DNA of 64,000 nucleotides from Bdellovibrionales bacterium. GTDB lineage: Bacteria; Bdellovibrionota; Bdellovibrionia; Bdellovibrionales; UBA1609. A program made the position numbers and the translations under genes. The stretch lies in contig OZ240230.1 of assembly GCA_965197855.1 (NCBI GenBank), forward strand, positions 1,259,950 to 1,323,949. The letters are read 5' to 3'. The notes beneath the pieces are model-generated. The model did no database searches and was not told the DNA's origin. It was given only the letters and a program-made list of their open reading frames with translations. Shown one piece after another: positions 45,087 through 55,039 of the stretch. How positions within the stretch are numbered: position 1 is the stretch's first letter; each line of letters starts with the position of its first letter.

Positions 45087-47571
45087 CATGAAATTTTTAA
45101 AAGGCTATTTCATTTTCTTCTTTTGTTTTGTTTATGTGGTGTCTGTTGCGGCAGAAACCACTGCTGATTTTCATATATGCTATTTTTCTTTGAATAATGA
45201 AAAAGAATTTACAGAGATGCAAAAATTCACGGATAAGTTAAATCAGTACTCTCAATATTCATTTTCAGTAGACGAGTATATGCCAGAAAACGGAGATCCT
45301 GAAGAGTCTTTTCAAAAACTAATTGAAAGCGGGGTGCGCTGTGATGGATTGGTGCTTTCCGGTCATCATACAGGGTCTTTTGGAGGGGATAGAACAATAG
45401 GTTCTTTAGGAATTAATTTTTTAGAAACTCTTTCTTGTAATGATCAATACAGTGAGTGGTTTGAAAATATTAAAGCTTTATGGCTTCAAGGTTGCCGAAC
45501 CCTGGGTACGGGAGATATTGTACATGCGGAAGATGAAAATGCTGACCATCATACCACACGAGTTGGCAGAGTATTGGACGAAGATGGTTTGGAGCAGTCT
45601 TTTGCAGATTTAAATGTAGAGTTTTCAGCAACATTAGATCCGGACAATCCCTTAGCTTCCAGGTACTTAAGAGTTTTTCCTTTTGCAACTACTTTTGGTT
45701 GGACTAAAACTTCTCCTGGAGAGTTAGCAAGAAGTGAGTATTCAATTCCTTTTCATATCGCTCATGTCTCTCGTTTAATAAACCATCAGAGACAATTTCC
45801 AGAGGATAGTCCGATAGAGGATGATTGGACAATAGAGTCCACGGCTCAATATAGGACAGCTCTCTTGAATTTGTTAGATGGAGGGAGGCAAGATAATGAT
45901 CAAAATTTTATAACCAGAGCTTGGAAAAACCATGGAAGTGTTATGGAGGGGTTAAGTGGGTATGGTTATTTTAATACAGACTTAAATTCTTATAAATCTT
46001 TAACCAGTATAAATGATGAAGTGCTTAATACAGCTAAACTTTATGTTTGTTTATTGCAGAATACAGAAGAGGAGGAGTTTTTTGAATCATTGGATTTTAT
46101 TTTACAGGATCCAATACTGATTCGTTATACATATAACTCTTTGTTAGGCAGACTATATAGTTTGGAATTTCAAAATCCGGATTTTCACTCTCAAGTTATT
46201 CAAATATTACAAGAGAGTGAAAGAATGCGAGATTTTCTTTCCCAAAAATTTGGTCAAAAGAGTTTGGGTGTCATTATGCAGATTGATTATTTTGCTTTAT
46301 ATGAGGAAATATATGGTGAGAATCACAGAATAAGATCGATAATATTAGAGAAAGTAAATGAGGCTTTTACAAAAATTCCTTCTGATTCTTATGATGAAGT
46401 GGATTATAAGAAGACCTTAATATCTTCTCTTTCAAAACATGGTTATTTAAATAGTGAAGGCGGTATTCAATTATTAAGTCAGGCTATTGAAGATTCAAGC
46501 TCTGATATACGTTTTAAGGCAATCATAGCTGTCAGGGATATGGGCGAGGTGGGATTGCCTATTGTGGAGAAAGCTTTTAATGATTCAAATCCTGATATAC
46601 GTGTAAGAGCAGTTGTAAGAGCAGGTAGGATAGGACAAGCAGGTTTGCCAATTATTCAACAGGCTATTGAAGATTCAAATGTTTCTGTACGTTTACAGGG
46701 TGCACTTTCAGCACCTGAAAGTATAAAGGAGCAGGCCTCTTCCTCTTTACGTCAAACTCTGGAGCAAGTGGCTGAACTATCTCCTTTTGAGAGGCTTGGG
46801 GTGCTGTCGGCATTTGCTAAAATGGGGGAATCAACTTTACCCATTTTGGAGGAAGCTTTTAAAAATTCTAAAACGAATGGTGTAGCAGTAATGTCAGCTG
46901 GGATGATAGGGGAGGCGGGGTTGCCTATTTTAAGAGAGGCTATGAAGGATTCAGATTTTCGTATGCGTATGACAGCTGTTCAAGCGGCAAGATATCAGGG
47001 TGAAAAAGGTTTACCCATCTTCAAGCAGGCTGTTAAAGATCCAAATGATGAGGTACGTTTAACAGCAGTACGGGAAATCGATCACATCAGTCATCAAGCT
47101 TTATTGACTGTCAGGGAGGTTTTTGAGAATTCTGAGGATTCTAAAAGACGTTCAAAAGTATTGGAAACAGCGGCAGGTATAGGGGAAGAAGTCTTATCTA
47201 TTTTAAGACAGGCCTTTAAGAGTTCAAGTTCTGCTGTACGTATGGAAGTAGTCAGACAAACTGCTGGTGTTATTATAGAAAAAGGTGAAAAGAGGGGTGG
47301 AAGTTTTGACGAGATAGGGAGAGATGATCCTTCTGATTCTTTGTCTATAAGATTTGGATGGGATATTCAGAAAAAAGGCCTATCCATTTTGAAGAGGGGT
47401 TTTGAAGATCCAAATTTGGATGTACGTCAGGTCACTTTAATAGCAGTAGACAGGAAGGTGGGTGCGCTGGCTTTACCTGTGCTCAAAAGAACTTTAAGAA
47501 GCAGAAAAGTGGATGATCAAACTAAAGAAGATATTCGAAATCTTATTCAAACTTTAGAACAGCACTCTTAA
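45070..47571 (+). CDS. Secreted protein: caspase/CHAT-like N-terminal domain plus HEAT (PBS-lyase-like) repeats
   Basis: GLVLSGHH and LWLQGCRT; repeats of GLPIxxxAxxDSxxxVRxxAV. Confidence 0.7.
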   Translation: MKMVYNMKFLKGYFIFFFCFVYVVSVAAETTADFHICYFSLNNEKEFTEMQKFTDKLNQYSQYSFSVDEYMPENGDPEESFQKLIESGVRCDGLVLSGHHTGSFGGDRTIGSLGINFLETLSCNDQYSEWFENIKALWLQGCRTLGTGDIVHAEDENADHHTTRVGRVLDEDGLEQSFADLNVEFSATLDPDNPLASRYLRVFPFATTFGWTKTSPGELARSEYSIPFHIAHVSRLINHQRQFPEDSPIEDDWTIESTAQYRTALLNLLDGGRQDNDQNFITRAWKNHGSVMEGLSGYGYFNTDLNSYKSLTSINDEVLNTAKLYVCLLQNTEEEEFFESLDFILQDPILIRYTYNSLLGRLYSLEFQNPDFHSQVIQILQESERMRDFLSQKFGQKSLGVIMQIDYFALYEEIYGENHRIRSIILEKVNEAFTKIPSDSYDEVDYKKTLISSLSKHGYLNSEGGIQLLSQAIEDSSSDIRFKAIIAVRDMGEVGLPIVEKAFNDSNPDIRVRAVVRAGRIGQAGLPIIQQAIEDSNVSVRLQGALSAPESIKEQASSSLRQTLEQVAELSPFERLGVLSAFAKMGESTLPILEEAFKNSKTNGVAVMSAGMIGEAGLPILREAMKDSDFRMRMTAVQAARYQGEKGLPIFKQAVKDPNDEVRLTAVREIDHISHQALLTVREVFENSEDSKRRSKVLETAAGIGEEVLSILRQAFKSSSSAVRMEVVRQTAGVIIEKGEKRGGSFDEIGRDDPSDSLSIRFGWDIQKKGLSILKRGFEDPNLDVRQVTLIAVDRKVGALALPVLKRTLRSRKVDDQTKEDIRNLIQTLEQHS

Positions 47572-47707
47572 CTAACGTAAAACTTTAATATTGCGATCTT
47601 AAAGATTTCTTAACAATACATTTTTGTAATTAGAAAAATAATTTCCATTCAATAAATGGAGAAAATTATTTTACCTTTGTAATATTTACACGAAATATAC
47701 AATCATC

Positions 47708-48643
47708 TTGCTAAAAATATTCTGTTCCAATATATGTAAAATAACTTTTATATCTCTATCGGGATGGAGATTTATTATGATAGACTTGGATTCAGTCAGT
47801 ACAGTAGAAGTGCAAACTTCTCATTTGCAAAAAAAATATTTCAATACTTCAAAGCAGTTTGCATCCTGTATTTATTATTCTACCTATTCTGATGATACAG
47901 CAATTGTTATGGCAGAGTGCTCTGAACTTGCTTACGAAAAAGAACATATCTTACAACAGTACTTAAAAGAGGGTCAGATGGAACTCAAGTTGATAAGAGA
48001 TGAGGATCCTCAGTTCTTTTTGGCAGAGCATGCTCATTATGTAGTTTTGGCATTTCGGGGTACAGAATCAGATAATATTAAAGATATAATAACAGATCTT
48101 GATATTAGGAGAAAGTCTACAAAACAAGGGGAGATACACACTGGTTTTTTAAATTCCTATTGTCGTGTTCATAAGGAGTTATCTTCTTATTTGAAAAATA
48201 TACAAAAACCTATTTATATTACAGGACATTCTCTGGGAGCCGCTTTGGCTGTTATAGCAACTGCTCAATTAAGTCGTTATACGTTAGCCGCATGTTATAA
48301 TTTTGGTTCTCCTCATATAGGGTCTCTGGATTTTGATACGCGCCTTAAGGTGCCGGTTTATCGTATTGTGAATTTTGGTGATATTATTCCAAATTTATTG
48401 AGTTGGCATGTAGGGTATTATCATCCAGGATATACGTATTATCTGACTAAAGATAATCAGCTTACACGTTCATTAGGTGTTGCTCAAAGAGTTTCCAATT
48501 TTGTTACACAACAAAAGTATAAATTTGTTAACAGTAGTCAAAAAGGGTTATTATCAAATCATTCCATGTTAGAATATTTAGAAAAATTAAAAAAAATTGC
48601 TATATCGAGAAGAAACTTTATTCATCAAAGTTTATGTGAATAG
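47708..48643 (+). CDS. Lipase class 3 family protein
   Basis: LAFRGTE, IHTGF, ITGHSLGAALA, NFGSP, VNFGDIIP, NHSM. Confidence 0.9.
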   Translation: MLKIFCSNICKITFISLSGWRFIMIDLDSVSTVEVQTSHLQKKYFNTSKQFASCIYYSTYSDDTAIVMAECSELAYEKEHILQQYLKEGQMELKLIRDEDPQFFLAEHAHYVVLAFRGTESDNIKDIITDLDIRRKSTKQGEIHTGFLNSYCRVHKELSSYLKNIQKPIYITGHSLGAALAVIATAQLSRYTLAACYNFGSPHIGSLDFDTRLKVPVYRIVNFGDIIPNLLSWHVGYYHPGYTYYLTKDNQLTRSLGVAQRVSNFVTQQKYKFVNSSQKGLLSNHSMLEYLEKLKKIAISRRNFIHQSLCE

Positions 48644-48675
48644 GGTATAAGAGTTGTCCGGAAAGGGAGGTAAAA

Positions 48676-48981
48676 ATGAGACTTCTAGGGGTGTTTTTAT
48701 TGGTATTTTTGACTGCTCCAATATTTGCTAATGATTCTATAGGCGTAGAGTCTGCAGAGGACAAATATGTGATTTGTGATTTGGAGGATCGTTGTTGTGA
48801 AATAGACTCTTCTGTTGCGGAGGGTTTGGAATGGAGATTTGGAGCTAAGCAATTTTTTAAATGTAGCTTTAGTTATTTTTTTGGGACTAATGAAGAAGAT
48901 TATAATGAATGTAGAAGGATAGTCGGCAACGAATTTTGGGGAGCACTTGCAGAGCATGTAAATCAATTTTGTGATTTTTGA
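48676..48981 (+). CDS. Small secreted Cys-rich protein
   Basis: GGGAGG RBS, signal peptide, six Cys. Confidence 0.7.
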   Translation: MRLLGVFLLVFLTAPIFANDSIGVESAEDKYVICDLEDRCCEIDSSVAEGLEWRFGAKQFFKCSFSYFFGTNEEDYNECRRIVGNEFWGALAEHVNQFCDF

Positions 48982-49425
48982 TTATTCAATTGGCTCTTCT
49001 AAAAAAGGCTCTTCTAAAAAAGGTTCATCCATATTGTCGGATGAGCTTTGAGCTAATGAGTTGTTTTTTGGTAGAAGATCTAGTATATCGACTTGGAAGG
49101 CAGTACAGAACCCATTGTGTTGTACAGTATCAGTCACCCAAATCATAATCTGATTACCTGTCATGGCAGCTATGAGTGCGTCATTCCGCATTCGTTCACC
49201 ACCTTCTTTTGAAATTTGATCAGAGTCACATCCTAAAGATACCCAGCGGGATGAGCGGCACTCTAATCCGAATTCAGCAGGATTTTGCTGTATAAGGACC
49301 ATGCAACCCCCATAAGTTTGGCGAGCATTTGCTCGTGTTCTGCCAACATATGTACGTATGCGCACATGTGCCGCATCAGCAACGTATGGCAACATAAAAC
49401 ATAATATTAATAGTAGTTTTTTCAC
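48982..49425 (-). CDS. Secreted hypothetical protein
   Basis: Signal peptide ending ADA; GGCM..C..WVSLGC..HNGFC; EPFLE repeat tail. Confidence 0.7.
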   Translation of the reverse strand: MKKLLLILCFMLPYVADAAHVRIRTYVGRTRANARQTYGGCMVLIQQNPAEFGLECRSSRWVSLGCDSDQISKEGGERMRNDALIAAMTGNQIMIWVTDTVQHNGFCTAFQVDILDLLPKNNSLAQSSSDNMDEPFLEEPFLEEPIE

Positions 49426-49560
49426 TTTAGAGCTTCCTAGTTAGCTATCCATAAATTTAGTGTAAAATATTATAAAATGTCAATTATTTTGTCAGTTGTA
49501 AGACATTTCTTATGAATTGCTGTACTTTTTACAGGCTTTCTTTAAAAACATAAGAAAAAG

Positions 49561-49647
49561 ATGTCCACAATATTTAAAAAAAATATTCGTAAAGAAATCC
49601 CTGTAGAGATTGTTTATGAAGATGATTTGTGTCTGTTTATCGTTTGA
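49561..49647 (+). pseudogene. N-terminal fragment of HIT (HinT-like) nucleotide-binding protein
   Basis: MSTIFKKNIRKEIPVEIVYEDDLCLFIV* matches the HinT N-terminus; no HxHxH motif follows. Confidence 0.75.
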
Positions 49648-50685
49648 TTATAAACAGTTTAGTTTTTCAAGAAATTCTTCTAATCTATTTGCAGGAGGGT
49701 ATAAAGTTAACCAATCCTTTTCCCAGATTTTTTGTGCAGTTTTATGATCAAAATTACCTCCTGATAATATAATAAGTACAGATTGTGGTTTTTTTTGAGT
49801 CATGAGCCACCTGAATGCGGCACACATACCTAAGGCACTTGTAGGTTCTATATGAGCTTTAAGTAAATGTGACACCCATTGAGTCCAATAAATAATTTCT
49901 TCTTCCTCGATTTCAAATATTCCATCGATTGTTTGTATATAAGGATAAGCGACTTTGGTAATACGAAGTGTTGCCACTCCATCATTGGCTATTATAGGCT
50001 CGCTTCCAAAAATTTTTATATCAGGATTCAAGTCTCTGGAGGTAATAATAATTCCTGAAAGAATACTGCCACCTCCCAGAGGAGCAAAAATAGCGGATAT
50101 ATTTTCATTTTGTAGTTGTTTGAGAGCTTCGTAGCAAGCTGTCCCCTGACCTTGAATGATATATTCATTGTCAAATAATGAGATGAAAACTCCTTCTCCG
50201 GCTTCTTCCGCTTTTGCAGAGGCCTCTTCTATTTCCGGACGTGTTTTCTTAAAAATCACTTGAGCCCCAAGAGCTTGGGTAGATTGTACTTTTGCTTTAG
50301 ATGTGTACGAGGTCATATATACATCAATGGGTATGGAAAATTGTTGAGCTGTCCAGGCCATAGCCTGTGCATGGTTTCCAGAACTATATGTAATAAGTTT
50401 TTTTGGCAGGTTGTTTTGTTCTTTCATTTGAGATAAGGCATTCATAGCTCCTCTGACTTTAAAAGAACCTGTTTTCTGAAGATGTTCAGATTTAAAATAA
50501 AGACGGTGACCAAGAAATTTATTTAAACGATCAGAAGACAGTATAGGTGTATGATGAATAAAACTTTTAATTCTTTCAAAAGACTTTTCTATATCTTTTA
50601 AAGAGGAAACTGCCATATGACCTTTTAAAGGGTGGGAGTAAATAATCAGCTTGTGGAATTTATTATAACTGTAAGAGGAAGTCAA
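49648..50685 (-). CDS. Serine/threonine dehydratase or serine racemase family PLP enzyme
   Basis: HTPI, KSEHLQKTGSFKVRGA, SSGNHAQA, GQGT, EPTSA, SGGN. Confidence 0.88.
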   Translation of the reverse strand: MTSSYSYNKFHKLIIYSHPLKGHMAVSSLKDIEKSFERIKSFIHHTPILSSDRLNKFLGHRLYFKSEHLQKTGSFKVRGAMNALSQMKEQNNLPKKLITYSSGNHAQAMAWTAQQFSIPIDVYMTSYTSKAKVQSTQALGAQVIFKKTRPEIEEASAKAEEAGEGVFISLFDNEYIIQGQGTACYEALKQLQNENISAIFAPLGGGSILSGIIITSRDLNPDIKIFGSEPIIANDGVATLRITKVAYPYIQTIDGIFEIEEEEIIYWTQWVSHLLKAHIEPTSALGMCAAFRWLMTQKKPQSVLIILSGGNFDHKTAQKIWEKDWLTLYPPANRLEEFLEKLNCL

Positions 50686-51251
50686 AGTACTTTAGCTAAA
50701 AGTCTTATTCCAATAAATTCATATATATTAATAGGATATGAAGTGGCTTTATATTTGTTTTACTTCCGTATATTAAAATCTTGGATGAGGTATTTTAAAA
50801 ACTTTAGATGACAAACAAATAATAATATTTAATGGGATCAAAGGATTGATCCCGAAGAGATTGATTGTATCTATTATATGTTTTCGATTTATAGGTTTTT
50901 ATTGGTCTGTGAGGATATTTAAGTGTATTTGGGTTTTTTAATTTTAAAGATGTATGGGCATCTGACATGAAGGGCTCCTTTTAAAAGTATTTATGAATTG
51001 TTTGAATACTTTAAAAAGTTTCGGATAAAATTAAGAAAACATAAGTATTAAATTTCTTTTTTTAACATAAAAAATATTGTATTTCATAATGAAACAAAAA
51101 ATATAAATTATGAAATAATAATTTGGTTATAAGGATAAAAGCATGGTACTTTACTTCGCATCAATCATTAAGAAACGTGGCTTTCCAACAACTAGTTGGT
51201 ATTTTTGATCTGGACAGGTCATTTTATTTGTAATTTTCTCTGTTTTGTTAC

Positions 51252-52040
51252 CTAGGAGTATAGGTGTTTGTTTCTATAGAATTCCCCAATTATGTAATAC
51301 AGTCCCTCTGTTAAGCTGAATTCAGATTTCTGGGTGATTTTTAAATAATATTCAAAAAATTTAATAAATTGGTCATAAGATTTAAGAGGAGATTTGAGTA
51401 AAGTAGTGTGAAGCTCATGTGAAGCTTGTTCAATCTGTTGGAATATTTGTAATACTTCCCACTCGATAGCAGACCGGTCTTCGGGTTTTTTACTTAAGAT
51501 GTTATCAATAGCTATATCTAACTCTATCACATGATAAATTCCTATACTGGGAAACAATTGCTGGGCATGTTGTATAAATGCATCTAATGGTTTAAGAGCT
51601 AGGAGGATTTGTTGCCCCTGCTTGATATATTCTTCAAATTTTTCATGACTTATTTTTTTAAGAACCCTAAGGGCCATATGCTTAATATAGGGTATAGGTT
51701 CAACTTTGATATGAGCATTTAAAGTCGCTATAACTTCTATATATGTGACATTATATTTTTCAAGAATTTCTAGAAAACCCATTCTCACTTCAGGGACAGG
51801 ATCTTGCAAGAGTGGTAGAAGTGCTATGTAAATGTTATCTATGGGGTTCAGTTTGTTGATCATTTGAAGAGCTTCTAAACGTTCTTGTGGTTTTGCACTG
51901 TAAACTTTTCTTTGAAAAACATTATGGAACGTAATTGCTTGTTGTTTGATCTCAGCCATCACTCTTTCACAGGTACTGCTATAAGAAACAGCAGGTAAAA
52001 TTACCAGAATTAGTAAGTACAGAAGCTTAATACGTTTCAT
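51252..52040 (-). CDS. Secreted HEAT-repeat-containing protein
   Basis: Signal peptide plus STCERVM; LLPLLQDPVPEVRM. Confidence 0.65.
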   Translation of the reverse strand: MKRIKLLYLLILVILPAVSYSSTCERVMAEIKQQAITFHNVFQRKVYSAKPQERLEALQMINKLNPIDNIYIALLPLLQDPVPEVRMGFLEILEKYNVTYIEVIATLNAHIKVEPIPYIKHMALRVLKKISHEKFEEYIKQGQQILLALKPLDAFIQHAQQLFPSIGIYHVIELDIAIDNILSKKPEDRSAIEWEVLQIFQQIEQASHELHTTLLKSPLKSYDQFIKFFEYYLKITQKSEFSLTEGLYYIIGEFYRNKHLYS

Positions 52041-52376
52041 TCCTGATTAATATACTATCGTTTGGTATAAAATTATATATACAATGCGTTTATTGAATCT
52101 GTTGCATTAATGCTAAGAGTAATGAGTATATTATTTGACATAATTAAATATTTTTAATTTAAGGCTTATGGTCCCAAGCAAGAAAAAGGATTATTTTATT
52201 AATGAAATATCTAGTTGAGTAATTTTTATACACAAAAAATAGCTAGTAAGATAAAAGTCTAGGATATTTATATTATTTTTTTATTTTTCTAAAAACATGT
52301 TACCCTTTTTTTAGAGATTTCTACATTATTTTAGAAAGAAATTTATCTATTCTATATTTGTTGAGAGGTATTTTAA

Positions 52377-53174
52377 ATGTATCGGATGTATAACTATTTT
52401 TTAATTCTACTTATAAGTGTTTTCTGTGTAAGCTGTGGGAAAAAAACTCCACCAGGCACTCCTCCTGGTGAAACACAGCCAACGGTACCACAAGAGGTAA
52501 CAGAGATAGATCCTTTGGAATTTGAAATGATTGTTCACGATGAAGGTAATGTCAGTGATGGTGAAGAGCTTGGAGGGGAAAAGTTTTTTGTTGTTCAACA
52601 AAAGCTGTCTAATGGTAAGATAGCTTTATTTGTTGCTGATAATCATACATATGATTCATTTGTTCCTGATGTGCTTTTAAACTGGCTAGGGGGTGATACC
52701 CTGGCAGATAAGGCGCAAGCTCGTATTAAGAAGATATTAAAGGATCATGGAGGTGCTTTAAGGGCAAGAGTATGTGGAGAAGATTCTGTGCAGGATAGAC
52801 GTAGTACTCTTATCAAGGAAGGATTAACTAAAGGCACCTTGGTGATAGTTAGTGGAAATACATGGACAACTTATATGGAAGATACTCTTTCAGATGGGTT
52901 TTTTGATGGCTTTCAGGTTTCCTCTGTTGAAAGAGGCAGTGAGGGTCTTTTAGAACAAATGTGGTTAAGTAGGTTTGATAGATTCAGTTCCACTACCATT
53001 GAAGCAGGAAGTGATGTTAATCAATCACGTTCGACAGAGGATAGATATGATATTACATTGTTATTCTCTCCCAATGCTTCAATTAAAAAATCTTTGATTG
53101 ATCTCAACCAATACATTGGCATTCTAGATAATATTCGTGGTGCAGATGACCAATTTTCTTCCTGCCATCAATAA
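52377..53174 (+). CDS. Hypothetical lipoprotein
   Basis: CVSC lipobox followed by Pro-rich linker. Confidence 0.7.
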   Translation: MYRMYNYFLILLISVFCVSCGKKTPPGTPPGETQPTVPQEVTEIDPLEFEMIVHDEGNVSDGEELGGEKFFVVQQKLSNGKIALFVADNHTYDSFVPDVLLNWLGGDTLADKAQARIKKILKDHGGALRARVCGEDSVQDRRSTLIKEGLTKGTLVIVSGNTWTTYMEDTLSDGFFDGFQVSSVERGSEGLLEQMWLSRFDRFSSTTIEAGSDVNQSRSTEDRYDITLLFSPNASIKKSLIDLNQYIGILDNIRGADDQFSSCHQ

Positions 53175-53370
53175 AAATTATTTATAGAAATCTATTTACT
53201 ACTCTGATTAGAGAAGCGTTCCTCTGAGTGTGTTTAGACGCCAGTCTAAACATACGAAGTCCTCTTATTATCAAAGAAAAAGGACTCTGACTATGAAAAT
53301 TGTTTCTTACAAAAAAGAGTCCTGTGGACTGTTTTTTGCACTTTGACGCTTTTTTGTTTTTTTAAAAAAG

Positions 53371-53442
53371 CGTTCCCTACGGGACTCGAACCCGTGTCTT
53401 CACCGTGAAAGGGTGATGTCCTAACCGCTAGACGAAGGGAAC
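53371..53442 (-). tRNA. tRNA-Glu(TTC)
   Basis: GTTCCCTTCGTCTAGCGGTTAGGACATCACCC-TTTCAC-GGTGAAGACACGGGTTCGAGTCCCGTAGGGAACG; CCA not encoded. Confidence 0.96.
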
Positions 53443-53446
53443 AAAG

Positions 53447-53519
53447 TGACCCGCCTTGGGCTCGAACCAAGGACCCTCTCCTTAAAAGGGAGATGCTCTA
53501 CCAGCTGAGCTAGCGGGTC
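53447..53519 (-). tRNA. tRNA-Lys(TTT)
   Basis: GACCCGCTAGCTCAGCTGGTAGAGCATCTCC-CTTTTAA-GGAGAGGGTCCTTGGTTCGAGCCCAAGGCGGGTCA; CCA not encoded. Confidence 0.96.
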
Positions 53520-53572
53520 GTCGTTTGCCAGCAAAATATCATAAAAACATAAATAATAGTCAATGATCAATA

Positions 53573-54868
53573 CTAAAACAAAGAAGACCTTTCAATGACT
53601 TCTTCTCGATTTGGTCCCACTGAAATAATATCTATCGGGATTTTTAGCTCTTCTTCAATAAAATGAATGTATTGACGAGCTGTCTGAGGCAGATCTTCAA
53701 AAGAAACAACCTTACTGATATCTTGTTTCCATCCGGGAAACTCTTTGTATATTGCCTGGCATTGATTCAGTTGAGTAAAATGAACAGGGTATTCATGGAT
53801 GTCTTGGCCATTCAAATGATACGCTACACATACTTTAACAGTGTCTAAACCTGACAGTACGTCCAGCTTCATTAAAGAAAGACAGTTGATACCGTTTAAA
53901 CGAATGGCATATTTTAAAGCCACTAGATCCAGCCAGCCGCATCTTCGCCTGCGATTGGTTGTAGATCCTCTCTCCTGTCCTTTTTCTTCTAAGTATAGTT
54001 GCTCCTGTTGATCGCATTCTGAAGGAAAAGGGCCGTGACCCACTCTCGTAGTATATGCTTTGGAAACAGCTAAAACTTTTTGTATATTTGACCAGCCAAG
54101 ACCTGCTCCTGTGAGAGCAGAGCCTGCTGTGGTGGAAGAGCTAGTTACATAAGGATAGGTCCCTTGAAAAATATCCAATAAAGTACCTTGCGCTCCTTCA
54201 AACAAAACTTTTTTTCCTTCTTTTAGAGCTTGATCAATGACTAATGAAGTATTGGGGTGACGATAGGGGGCTAAAATGTCTCGAGCTTTTTTTAATTTTT
54301 CCCATAGTGAGTCAATGGAATAGGCTTCTTGTTTATAGTAATGGGTCAGCAGAAAAAGAGCTTCCTTTGAAGCTTTCATTAGTTTTTCTTTTAATTCTTT
54401 ATCATCCAGAAATAAATCTCCAAATAAGAGAGCTTTTCTGGCAATACGTTCCTCGTAAGCAGGTCCAATCCCCCTTCCTGTAGTGCCAATTTTTTGAGAT
54501 CCAGCTTGATTCTCCCGGGCTTGGTCTAAATATTTATGGTAATCAAAAAGCATTGCAGAGGAGTCAGAAATTAAAAGTTGGTGCTTATTCTTAAGGTGGC
54601 CAGCTTGTTTTAAGCTTTCGATTTCATCGATCAATGAAAAAACATCCAGAACCACACCGGAAGAAATAATACATTGTACATGTGAGTGTAAGATTCCTGA
54701 AGGGATCAAGTGTAAAATGGTTTGTTTGCCGGAGACATTCAAGGTATGGCCGGCATTAGCTCCACCTTGATAGCGAACCACATAATCAGCGCTAGAGGAA
54801 AAAATATCAATAATTTTCCCTTTGCCTTCATCGCCCCATTGGGCCCCTATGACAACAATTCCAGACAC
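53573..54868 (-). CDS. purA: Adenylosuccinate synthetase
   Basis: GAQWGDEGKGK, QGGANAGHT, IGTTGRGIGPAY, EGAQG, AYTTRVG. Confidence 0.97.
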   Translation of the reverse strand: MSGIVVIGAQWGDEGKGKIIDIFSSSADYVVRYQGGANAGHTLNVSGKQTILHLIPSGILHSHVQCIISSGVVLDVFSLIDEIESLKQAGHLKNKHQLLISDSSAMLFDYHKYLDQARENQAGSQKIGTTGRGIGPAYEERIARKALLFGDLFLDDKELKEKLMKASKEALFLLTHYYKQEAYSIDSLWEKLKKARDILAPYRHPNTSLVIDQALKEGKKVLFEGAQGTLLDIFQGTYPYVTSSSTTAGSALTGAGLGWSNIQKVLAVSKAYTTRVGHGPFPSECDQQEQLYLEEKGQERGSTTNRRRRCGWLDLVALKYAIRLNGINCLSLMKLDVLSGLDTVKVCVAYHLNGQDIHEYPVHFTQLNQCQAIYKEFPGWKQDISKVVSFEDLPQTARQYIHFIEEELKIPIDIISVGPNREEVIERSSLF

Positions 54869-55039
54869 AAAGAGTGATTAAGCATATTTTTGCTTTATAA
54901 GGCAAGCTGTAAGTCTGGAATTTTTCTATATCAAATACCTTGATTATAAAACTTAGACCAATGTCTATAATCCAAATTATGAGTTTTAGTCTTTGAGGTA
55001 ATTTGTCGATATGAACAAAGAGTAAAAGGTGTCTGTTTT

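Noticed and set aside
50700-51250. ncRNA or hidden gene in long AT-rich gap
   Set aside because: Only short hairpins (GGGATCAA..TTGATCCC) and no recognisable ORF or RNA motif.
53200-53340. Structured RNA or att site downstream of tRNA-Glu
   Set aside because: Hairpins (GTTTAGAC-GCCA-GTCTAAAC; AGTCCT..AGGACT) are adequately explained as terminators between convergent units; I noticed no duplicate of the tRNA-Glu 3' end.
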